From positions 124,001 through 167,265 of the forward strand of contig NOWV01000174.1 in NCBI GenBank assembly GCA_003344405.1: a stretch of 43,265 nucleotides of DNA. Direction: 5' to 3'. The position numbers were made by a program, and so were the translations under genes. The first letter of the stretch is position 1. Every line of letters starts with the position of its first letter. Source of the DNA: Trichoplax sp. H2. Lineage: Eukaryota. The notes beneath the pieces were generated by a model. The model did no database searches and was not told the origin of the DNA. It saw nothing but the letters and a program-made list of their open reading frames with translations. Shown piece after piece: positions 13,589 through 26,000 of this stretch.

Positions 13589-14730
13589 TGCGGACGTCAC
13601 CAGCTCGTTGGAGTCAGCTTGTGGGAATGAAATGAAACCACGATTGAGTTGTGGTGCGCGTCAACTGTACACTAGTGAGTGTACAGTAGGTTGAGTTCTA
13701 CGTCAGTACCGTCACTACAGTATCGTCAGTTCTATCGGCAGTGACAGGTGATACTAAAGTAGTACAGTAGTATTACTTTAGCACGTCACGGCTGCTGTTA
13801 CTTTGCCTTGCTGTGCCAGCAGTACCAGTACAGTATAGGACCAACCACGCGTACAATGGACAGTGTACCGCCAATGTCGATTATACGCCTGCGTGTGCAT
13901 GTGGTTGACACAGCCACTGGCTGCGAAGTCTACAGTGTACAGTACACAACAGACTCTCTAGGGTCTCTACTGTACTGTACACTGTACGAAAGGCCAGACT
14001 GGTTAGTCTAGTTACAATGTCAAAAAGTTTATGAAGATGACTGTACTGCAGTATTGTATGAGTCATTGTACAGCACAGCAGGGCCTTGAAAATTTACTAC
14101 TGTTCATTTGACTGAACAAGGAAAATGCAGTTGAATTGTATGCCACCAAGCGTCCGATACTGTAGCATATTGACGACAATGACTTGGCCAAAATGGTGTA
14201 TCGGAAAGAACCATCAATAGTGACATCAATTTTGCTCGTGTTCCTATGAAGTAAAACAAATCGCTTTTTCTTCTACCTCTATCATTGCAATGTACTGAAT
14301 CATAGACTACTAGAAGAAGAGTCGTATGATCAAAATGATTCATTATAAATTCATTATCTGCTTACTTGAATATCATGGCTACGTTAAAACATACAGTACA
14401 CGACAATAGTAAGCGTTAAAGCGCCAGTTTGGGCTTCCCCACACCCAATATTTGCCCAATTTGCCTAAGCCCAATATTCGCTTTTAACAGACTGACGGAC
14501 AGTGGACAATGTTGAACATAACTACTAGTTCAACCTTGACTAGTCCTGGGAATTAATGATCCAAGACTTGGAATATTACTTCAGCAAGTAGACATTAACG
14601 ATATTGGAAAGGGTTGCAAAAGCTAGAAAAGAGTGATAATACTAGGCCAAAATCTTCAACACGTTATCCTGTTGTACAGTAATGTTGGATTGTAACTGAA
14701 ATAATAAAAAAAAATCATTGTAAATCAACA
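13589..14730. promoter_or_regulatory. Divergent (probably bidirectional) promoter region between PPP5C and B3GAT3
   Basis: Head-to-head start codons ~1.14 kb apart. Higher GC/CpG than the introns, many TACAGT/ACTGTA motifs, and three CCAAT copies at 14445, 14456 and 14471. TSSs cannot be determined. Confidence 0.6.
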
Positions 14731-16881
14731 ATGGCCGTCAACAAGAGGCGACTATGCAACACTCAATGGATCGTCGTCCTCCCTCTAATAGCTTTCATCT
14801 CTACCATTTGGATTCTCCATAGTGGCAATAAGAATTGTGCAGAAGGTAATGCTAGAAATTAATTTTGACCTGTGTGACAACATGCTCTCTAAAGTATAAC
14901 CTCTATCCATCATGACTCTATTCCATTGTCAACAATCGCTGACAATGTCTGCATACGTCTGAAAGTATTTCAACCTTGATATCAATCAACATCATCGCAA
15001 GATGCCGATATTGAGCTTGGTACGAAGAAGAAGAAGAACCCGTATCCTACAGTATGCATTTTACTGTACTGTACACATGTTCTTTTTATCTGGTAATTTA
15101 CGACATTAAGGAAATTCATAAGTACCCTGAGCATGTTATATGTTCAAAACATCAAACGATTTATCTACTGTACCATCTTTAAAACGACATGTGATGACTT
15201 GAATCTTCCTTGACGAACCTGAATTCATCTTTGTAACAACACTAGACGTCAATGTCCATTATCGAACTTGCACTAGCAATAACAGTCAAAATAGTATTGC
15301 TAAGAAGAAGAATAGTTCAAGGATTACATTCGCAATTCTAATACATCTATCAATACTTGCTATTTATTTAGGATTAAGAAGCGAAGATGAACGCATTGAA
15401 ACGTTGCAATCAACAATTCAAGCGATTAAGAGACAAAAAGAAGTCTTGCTAAGTTCTTTAGCGAGTAAAGAGAGAGAGCTTCGCAATTTAAAATCTGAAA
15501 TTTTAAGCCAAAAGTTAGCCATAGATGACCCTCAGTATACCCTTGCTCATAAGAAATTCAGTAAAAGCATGACTACAATCTATGTTATAACACCGACATA
15601 CGCCAGAGCAACTCAAAAAGCGGACTTAATTAGGCTTTCACAAACATTACAACATATCACTGACGTCCATTGGATAGTAGTTGAGGTTACGAACTACTTT
15701 AATAAACTTATGTAAAATAGCAACATTCAACGTTTAATTTATTAATTTTCTGCTTACAAGAAATTAGCGATACTGTATGTTATTGCCAGTAAGAAGACAA
15801 CACTTGTTCTAGGATTTTATGCTATTTTACTTTGTAGCAGTTACAGTATCTAATTGGACTTGATTTATAATTATCCAGAATAGATAAGTACAGTACTATA
15901 CAGTACACTCTTCCTAGTCGTCCGAAATGACGTTATAGATCCTATGTAGTACATATGATAAGTATTTTAATGATCCGGAGTGTTTAGCCTGATACAACAT
16001 TCTTCTGCACCTCTATAGATTTACACCATAGATGTTTATTCTCTTGTCGCTCATGTCAATAATAACATCATTTTTTTTTATCACAATATTGACTATCACA
16101 GGATGCAAATGCAACTTCGAAATTAGTGACCAATGTGCTAAAACGCAGCAAATTACTTTACACACAGCTCAGCATTCGTACACCAGCTTTCTTATTACGT
16201 CAGAAAAAAGAACCCAAGTGGAAAAAACCTCGAGGGGTTGCTCAGAGAAATCGTGCCTTATTATGGCTACGTGAAAATATACAACTAAAAAAATCGAATG
16301 GAGTTGTCTATTTTGCTGATGATGACAATACTTATGATAAAGACTTATTCAATAAGGTAAATCCAACTATCGAGTGTAGGATAGGTATTCTTGAAGCAGC
16401 CCATGCAGTAGAGAAGATATACTTCTATAATGATATCATCAATCTTGCACAAACTAGATGAGGTAACAAATTTATGTTTTCGTTGCAGTTTCGAAATACC
16501 AAGCGAGTGAGCGTATGGCCTGTTGGACTTGTAGGGGGATTACGATTCGAAGGGCCTCGCTGCAACAACGGCAAAATTACTGGATGGCGGGTTGTGTTCG
16601 ATCCTAATAGGCCCTTTCCGTTTGATATGGCTGGATTTGCTATCAACTTGGAATTGATACTAGAAAATTATCAAGCACACTTTAGCTCATCCGTTGCACC
16701 GGGTTATTTAGAATCGTCATTACTATCATCTTTAGTACAGGACAAAACTCAACTAGAGACAATAACGCCTAATTGTAGAGAAATATTAGTGTGGCATACG
16801 ACAACCGCTCGTGCTCATTTAAACCGCGAGCCTTACGTTAAAGCTGCTAAAACATTAGAAGATGATAAAGTAGAAGTTTAA
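14731..16881 (+). CDS. B3GAT3: Galactosylgalactosylxylosylprotein 3-beta-glucuronosyltransferase (GT43, GlcAT-I-like), type II membrane protein; 4 coding exons
   Basis: Exons 14731-14845 (MAVNKRR + [19 protein letters not shown]), 15372-15685 (coiled-coil stem, [24 protein letters not shown]...WIVVE), 16102-16356 (DA...[15 protein letters not shown]...[12 protein letters not shown]), 16489-16881 ([39 protein letters not shown]). Family membership is secure; orthology to B3GAT3 rather than B3GAT1/2 is inferred. Confidence 0.93.
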
Positions 16882-18991
16882 ATGAATCTTTGAAAAATTG
16901 CGGTATAACTTTATCATATTCATTGCCTGCCACTTGCTCACCCTAATATGAGCCATAACGGTCAATTGAATATTCAAGATGTGAATTTTACTCAAACAAA
17001 TTATTAGTTCCCAATTGTTGGATTATGTAATAATTGTTTTAATCTATTCCTACGATTAGCCATGATAGATCCTATTAAAATTTATCGCTTTCCATAATAT
17101 TATCCTATTTCGCTACATTAGAAATGACTAAAAATGAATCTATATTCAACTGGATTTCATTTGAATGAAAATTATTTGATGATATTCGCACAAACCTCCC
17201 TATAATAGGTATAGTTTTATATGTTGCTGTTATCATATTTTTTTTAAGAATAACATATACTTCTACCTTGTATCTCGCCGAAGACGAAGCTTAAGCTGGT
17301 GAATCGTAAGTAGTTGCCATTCAACTCATTAATGCACGATTACTATCTAACTAATTATTGTACGATTTCAACTTCTGAGACAAAATAATTTAAGTTGATC
17401 CCTAGCCGTAAATAATGTACATACGCGTATATTCGAATATATATGTAGACGTTCATAACGATAGAACGGTACGACTCGTCATTGTTACTGATTTCATAAA
17501 GAGCAAAGTGTTTTTTACAGAAGTTCAGTCATTGCAAATTTTTTACGCTATTTACTGAAATTTTATATAACGTAGTTATATATATTTTTTTTACATCTTG
17601 TGGACTAATGATAAGTTGTCTATTTAAGCCAGGTCGAAAGGTAACAGTAATGCAAGTTTATTGAAATCGTGAGAATATTTGTCACATTTCTAATAAAGAT
17701 ACCATTTTTCCGTTATTACTCTCTTGATATGGATATCGACTAAAAGTATCAATCGTAACTATTAATGAATAAACAATCTCGTTCTCAATAAATATTCTGA
17801 ATGGTAAATTGTTCTCTGACGAACTTGGATCTAAAAAATTAAAATTTTGTCATATCGACTTAGCAATATCGCTATTATTGGCTCACATAGTATGGCCATA
17901 CAAGTACTGTAGTAGTACTATAAAGATTTTTACTTGTTGCTATGGAAGTTATAGAGGCATAGTACAGAAGAAAGAGTAAGTCTTTGTATTCATAACGGCG
18001 ACAACATCTTTACTATACTACATTGCATTAATGTTCGTTATACTTCAAAGGTGCACGACTATCTTCCCATTCTTGCAATAATTGTAATGAAATCAAAAGA
18101 TTCTAAATCGCAAATCATTATAAAAAGAATCTAAATATTTCTGCATGGCATATCGGTAATCAGATTACTATTATTATTTTATCATTGGTGCAACTTTATG
18201 CACGTTAAGATTCGATCGACATTCATAGTAACTTGCCACCTGCTATTGCGTCCAATTCAATAATATTTAGTAATTCTTGTCATTAATTACCGATACTAAA
18301 TGACAAATTTTGAGCTTAAAATAATGGCAATATATAGATAAACTGGATTACTTGCTATATCATGATATCATTTTATTAAAAGTTTGCATACTAAAAATTT
18401 CTCATAAATAAGAATAGATAAGTGATTCAGTTATCTTGTCTTGAATAGGTTTATAGTTGTTACACATTACTATTATAAGGACGAAATTATCTATCCAACC
18501 AAACCATACCATCTGTAGATTGCAAAAGTAATAACCGATGATAACAGAATAAGAGTCGATAATTGATCAATTTCTATCCAACATTAGATAAAGTTAAATG
18601 CACGAAATTACAGATCGATACCTATAAAGACAATTCTGGCGCAATTTTACTACACGTAGCAAGATATGAAGCAATAACACGAATCTTACCCATTTACTAC
18701 CTCTGTCTGTTAAGGAGACTCTACGAGTTTAAGTTTATCTGACGTATATTACCTTTGCAATCTCCAATATCCTACCGATATCGCAGAATTATATTATTAT
18801 TTAAGCTATTATCTAGTGTTATATAGAAACCAAAGCAAAACAGGACTCAACATTATAGCCAATTAAAAAATTTTATTATAAATCAGTATCACTTTACTAA
18901 TAAAGAGTAACATTCTCAATCAGATAGAAGCATATAAATTATGAATTATTACCATAACTAACTACTATTAAGTATTGCTTTTTTTATCATT

Positions 18992-20075
18992 TTATAGTGG
19001 TGACAATTCTTTAAATATAGTACTAAATGTCGGAAGAGAAGGTAACCGTTTCGAACTTGCTGTGCTATAATCTTTGGATAACTTTTTATTCGTTCTCTGA
19101 CTTCTAGTCATGCTAGTACTACCCGAGAATGTATACAAGTATGGATTAATGGATGAATTGAGGGGCAATACAAAGACAGCAATGAAAGGCAATGTATAGA
19201 TTTGAACTTCCGAATCGAGCATACTGCGCACCATAACAATATAGAAGGGCATCCAACAAGCTAAATTCGCTAATAATATTATTAACATCCTGCCAGCAAT
19301 TCGTTTATCATCTTCTCGAATATTACGACAATTTTCAACGGCCATTCTAGTACGCTGGATAGAGATAAACATTGCTAAGTATAATATACTAACAATTATC
19401 CATATTAAGACAGTGATAGCGATGGACGTTAAGATCCAAATACGAAAGAATGAATTATGAATATTCATAGGTAGGCAAACACTACTATATTGGTAGATAC
19501 GATCATCAGCTGATTTACCAAAGCCAAACATTAGCGGGAAAGCTACATAAGATATGCTAACTAGCCAGAAGAAAGTAACAATTGCGCTTGCCGACTTAAT
19601 AGTTAATCGTTTACCAGATAATGGGTAAACCACGCAAATATAGCGATCTATGGTGATCACAAACATCATTAAGACCGACATAATACTGGATACGCAGGTA
19701 AGAAAACATGCAAAGACACAAAATGGATGCCGTAACCAGAATTCAGAATATTGTGCGTAGTTATGGTGATAGATTTGATCGGCAACAGCAATAATGATAA
19801 GGTAAAAGCCAGTCAACAAATCGGTGAAGGCTAAGTTGCTAATAAGAAATGTCGGCACTAAGTGACGATGAAATTTACGACGCCATATCCAATGCATAAT
19901 TATGACCGACGTATTGCCAATAAGAGCTAAAATACCTACAATCCAAACAAAGATTTGTAACGATCTATGGGCTAATAAATTTTCACAAGTTGATAATTGC
20001 TCCTGATTGGGTATAGGTTTACATCTTTCCACAGTACCAGGTACAAGACAACATAAGTATTCGCGAGTAGATTGC
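18992..20075 (-). CDS. Terminal exon of the LGR: short type-C hinge and complete 7TM domain
   Basis: QSTREYLCCLVPGTVERCKPIPNQEQLSTCENLLAHRSLQIFVWIVGILALIGN; TM2 NLAFTDLLTGFYLIIIAVAD; TM3 SVLMMFVITIDRYICVVYP; ECL2 SSVCLP; TM6 NLACWMPF; TM7 LPLNSSINPYLY. The acceptor AG lies at 20077-20076, upstream of the ORF-track start. Confidence 0.95.
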
Positions 20076-23000
20076 CTAAAAGGAAGGGTCGAAATTTATT
20101 TGAAAAAGTTAATACACTCAACATTGTGGATAACCTTTAAAATTGCACCTATATGATGTAATAAATTCAGGGAAATTATGGATATCGTATCTAAGTGAAG
20201 CCCTGTTTGAGTAAATGTAGTTAAATATCAAAAGGTATCTGTTGTAGATAAATTTATTATATAAGTGAATGCGTGGTAATTTCTAATGAAATTAACTGCA
20301 ATAGCAAATTAATGTACTAAATTTTCTATAATAAAGAATGTTTGTGATAAATTTGAAGTAGGGATTTTAAATTGATTCCAAAAGATGAACAGCTAAAGCT
20401 GAAATTATAATTTCCATACGGTTATTGATTTCGTAAAATCTTTAAAATAAGAATACAGACAGTACTATAAATAGAATTATCCATATACGCGTATTTAGCT
20501 ATCATAGTAACATTTTTACAGTTCTAGAATAAGAATTAAAAAATAAAGTATCTAAGGTGTCAGTTTTACGCGATGCAATTGATTTCACTAATTTACAATA
20601 GGATAATTACGTACAAATTCTGTAGCCTAATTAATCCATAAAATGGCTCCGAAGCTAGGTCAACCAAAGGATTATTTTTTAATGACCTAGATATGAGATC
20701 CGGTGTTGTTAAATTTAGCAATTTATCTCATCAGCAAAACAAAATTTTTATCATCTAGACAAAGGAATTTGTAATTATGAATTATTGCGAACAATGTGAA
20801 GTCAATTAATGCTGCTAAACTTACAGTATTCTTAGTAAAGACATAGATGAAAAACAATTATGAGTAATAACCCGTACGTTATTTTCATCTAAGGTCCTAA
20901 AGCCCAACAGAAATCATGGTATTAACATTCGAGAATAAATCGAATATATATTTTAAATTCTTAAAAGACATAATAACGCTAATCTATTTGTCTTACAAAT
21001 TTTCAAGATACTGATAACCATTAAAGAAGGAACCACAAACATTAGATATCCTATTATGAGCCAGATTCCTATAACGGGTAGGTACCCAAAAGTAAATAAA
21101 TCAATCTATTCATTAACAATGAATTAATAGTATTAATTTACATTGTAACCTCGACTAGTTTCCTATTAATAAGATTTTAGCCTTAAATTCAATGGTTACT
21201 CGTATATCAAAATATTATAAACTAAGCATATGTCATTAGCTATGCAATCTACTAAAATCGAAAAACTTATTCCTCATTTTACTAATTCGATCAATTGAAT
21301 AAACTTACAAAATATGAATTCGATTAATATCTGATCGATTTTCATTATTAAAATACTCTATTTTATTTTTGGCTAGATGCCTAATGAAGAAAGTTTAATA
21401 ATTAATTTAAAGCTTTATTTAAAATCATTTTTATTGCAAGATTTGCGTAGATATATGGAATAGTTTTAGCGTATACTTACAGTTCTCGCAATCGATAATG
21501 CCTCATCAAGTGATAGGTCTGGAATGATTGAAGATCGTTACCGTTTAGGATTCTATAATTAATAAAACATGGTAAAATAATATGGTAAGAAAACAGGAAT
21601 CCAATCCATTTACAATTGCTCTATATTTTCAGCTTTAAATCTATGAAACAGAGGATGAATCACTTTGTTTTGAGGAAGTCTTGTAAATTATCAGTTAAAA
21701 ATATGAGTTTAATATCAGGTAATAAGAAAAGCAAATATCAATTGAAATAATAAATTTCAAAATTAAGAACTTATAAATTTCTTGGATTAAAATAAATACA
21801 GTTTCCAAGGGGCTTACAATGGTTACATGGCTTTTGAAATATGAATTTCTAATTTAAATTTACCGGTCAAAGATATTTTCTAGCTGCAATCTATGAGCCA
21901 GTTAATTAGAAAAAGGTATCCCATTTTGTTGGAAGAAAAATTTAAGGAAATATTAATACTTACAGTGATATCAATGATTCTCCTTGATTGACCAAAACTT
22001 CCGGCAAAAATTCTTGGATATTATTTCGACTCAAATCCCTAATCAAGTATTAATTGTCACTTAATACTTCAACGAAATACTTGCAAATAAGAAAAGATAT
22101 CAAATAAATCTCCTTATTTAAACTATATCTTAAATGCGATCAGCTAACACATCACTACATATGCAATACAAATAGATTAGCGGCTAATATTTGCTCTACC
22201 GCTATAAAAATGTTATTAACAGTTAAAAATTTAAAAAGTCTAATAATGCATATTTACAGAATTTTTAGGTTATGTAGCGGACGTATGAGTTCTTTAGCGG
22301 AGATTAAACTGAGATTGTTATCCGCTAAGTCTCTGTAATATTGGATAAATGAATTAATATGCCAACATCTTAACCTACAATGCTATAAATAAATTCAAAT
22401 TTGTAACAAGTAAGACCAACAAACAGCTCTTACAAAATTTGCAATTTTTTAAAATGCTTAAACATGTGATCATCAGGTGTAGTCATGTTGCTATCAGCTA
22501 AGCCCCTAATGTAGTATTAACAGAAATTAATTTAGTAATAAGTAAAAATTTGTGTAGGAAGATGCTTCCATACAATCTCTATAAAATCCAATCCTAAGAA
22601 ATGATAATTACTAACAAGGCCTTCAAATTGTTGAAATATCCTGAATGAACAATGTTATACCAATCTTCACCGAATATAACTTTAGTGTGACTGATATCTC
22701 TATTATTCAAATTGAAAAAATTATTTATTAGCTTAATCAAGACAAATGACTTTCATTTAAAAGTGCTCACTTAGAATAATATAGCTATCATTTTAAATTA
22801 GACACGTACAATTGCATGAGCCGTGATAAAATAGAATAGCATCGATAATCAATGGTAATCGCATTATTCCAGCTGAAATCTCTAAAATACATATAATAAT
22901 GTGCATAAGTTAGATTCAAAAGCCAGGACAGTATTCAAAGCGTATCTGTCACAGTAAAATTAATAGATGTATATAATTTGAATAACTATTTACCGTTACA

Positions 23001-26000
23001 AAATTAGAGGACTAGTATTTATCATTTTTATAGGTTATTAATATAGATAGACAGAGACATATATTTCGTCTATTAAAGAAGATTGAAAGCCCTTTCGTGC
23101 CATAAAAGCATTGTAAAACAGAAAGCTAGCATTTAGGCTTTTAGGCTGTTCGCTGTTATCATAAAATACGATGTAGATAATATAGATAAAGAATGGCGCA
23201 TATTTCATATCAGTAAAGAAATTATTAAACTACATAATTGAGCTATCTTTAGAGTATGTACTTTAACTTACAGCTTTGTTAAGACCAATAAATGACTAAG
23301 CAGGTGACATGGTAAATTCCATAGTCTATTCTTAGCTAAATTTCTGCATTATTTAAGGAACACATTACTCAAGTTATTTTGATTCTTCTAGTAAAAAGTT
23401 ATTGCTCAGTAAGCAACAAAATTCTGGTGATGAAATACAACAATGAACAAGATTTAAATTCTTAGCTTTATCTATAATTTAAAATTATTATGAAATACTA
23501 TTAGCAATAATAGTCTAATGACGAAGATTGCAAAGAGACAACTTGATCTATGTAACTCTTGATATAAGGAATTTCGAGAAAATTAAAATATGATTCCAAA
23601 CTGTATTTGCAATAAAATTCTTAAGTCAAAATCAAAGCTATAGTCAGTTAAATCTAAAGTACTAGACAATCTATCTAAATGTGAGACTTACAATTCGAAA
23701 AGGGGGAATATATTTTTGAATAAGCCATCTTCCAAATAGTCTAACTTATTTTCAGCTAGTTTTCTGATAGAGAGATAGCATATTATGATATAAGGATAAA
23801 TATTATTCAGGTAATATTATATGTAGCGGCTTAATAATTATCATCCAAACTGCTGGAGTATCCTACTTACAAAACTCTTAAAAATTTTAAATTACTAAAA
23901 GGTTTGGACTGGTTAAATTTAATATTATTGTTACTAAGGTCCCTATAATTTCAAGATGTGATAATAAAAGGACATTAGGGTGGGTACAAACACAATAACA
24001 TCGTAACTGATATAAATTATATAAACGATTAAATCGTAAATGAATTTTTCATCAATTTCACTAATCTCCTCACAATTCCCATAATGTTGGCATTTCCTGA
24101 TTGAATATTCCATTAATACTTTGCAAATCGTTATTATTCAGCAAGCTAATAAATAAAAATGTTATAAATTAGCATTAATGTGACTTGGCTTAAAATTATT
24201 TTGGGTTTTCGATCATATTGTTTTGCAAATAAACTCGAAATTAACAGATAATATCGATAGCAGATCGATATCAACCAATACTAGTATGCTAGTGCTACAA
24301 ATCTAAAATTTGTAAATACTGTAAAGTATTGTTGATTTGCCCTCCTCGAAGTCTACCTATAGTGCGACTCCAAATTCTGACGATCTACCATCGTCAGGAG
24401 GAAGGATACTATCTCTAGTCGCTCTTAAGGTACATTTTCATTATGAACTTTTTCAAGACAAACTGAGCCCAAACTTTATTGAAAATCAGTCAATTCATAG
24501 TAAACTGACAAAAAGATGAGTTATCGGCACCGAGACAATATTAGAAAACTATGTACTAATCTATTGAAAACATATCAAACGTCATAGATAAATTAATGCC
24601 ATTATATTCCTAGATAAGCAATCTTAAGGAAACTATATTACAGCAGCTATGCTAAAGCTACTCCGTAAAAACTAGTTCTACTAGAAGCTACGTCAAAGAT
24701 AAAATTAATATCAATATATTACTAGATAAGTAATGTTAAGGAACCTATTTTACAGCAGCTATGCTCAAGCTACTCTATAAAAATTAGTTCTACTTGAAGC
24801 TACTTACAGGGTATGTAATTTTGTCATTCCATCAGTTAGGTTTTCACCAAGAGTTAGTAATTTATTATTGGATAAATCCCTATAATGTATATAGATATTA
24901 ATAAAAAATGATTAGTTATTGTTTTCTTTATAACTAGTTACATTTAGACCGACTGTAGTGCTATCAAATTACAATTATATCAAATAATATGTAACTATAA
25001 TTTAATACATTAACGCAATCAAGCACGATTGCAATCTTTAGAGAAACAGCTTACAAAATTTTCAACTGCTTTAGGCCTTTAAATGTTCCAGTTTTTAACT
25101 CTCTAAGGGCATTATTACTTAAACGTCTGATATAAAAGGAAGAAAATTATATTAGCTTTAATTCATGGCTTATAAATATAATAATAATCTTCATTTTTAG
25201 TGTTAATAGGTGCTGCAAATGTAAAAGTTATAGGCATTTTAGGTTATAATAAATAATCCAGTCAGCAATTGCAACTAAAGTAAGATTGAACACTTTTGCT
25301 CGTGTTTGTTTATTTAAAAATTTTTTAGAATAGTATTAACTCTTTAAGATACAATATTTACAAAAAAATCATGCCTTTTAGAATTGATAAGCAATAATTA
25401 AACTCTAACTTTAAGTTGCAATAAGTACGTCATTGAAATAAAGATTAACCATTGGACGATTTATAATAAAGGTTTTAGGGAAGTTTATAAAAGACTTAAT
25501 TACTCTGATCTTTCGAACTTGACAGCTGCTATGCGAATGGGAGCCGCTAAGTTATTCACTAAGGTTAACAGTATAGCTTACATTTCTGTCAAGTTATTTA
25601 AAGTGTAGAATTGGTCTATTTCCAACTTCCGTAATCCATTATTTTGGATAAATCTTGTGTGTTTAAAGTAAAGATGTTTATAATCAGTAATTTCTTATAA
25701 AGAAGATGTAACGGTCTTACGTACATCACAATTGAAAACAAATTCGAAATTTATAAAACCTATTCTTGAAGGCTACATACAGATTTTTTAAATGAATACA
25801 GCGATCAAAAGTTTTCGGTTTAATACGTTCAATGGCATTATCATTTAAATTTCTATTTGAAATAAAAGCAGAAGAATCAAATTTATCAACGGTTACACAC
25901 TTAATTGAAGTAACTTGTGAGATATCTATTCTAAGCTTTCATTTTTAAGTTTTTATATTATTATTGAATGGATACTAACTTCTTTACTAGATCAATTTCG

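Noticed and set aside
13057-14343. Several 60-80 aa ORFs in PPP5C intron 1 and the divergent promoter
   Set aside because: No domain signal, on conflicting strands; explained by locally higher GC.
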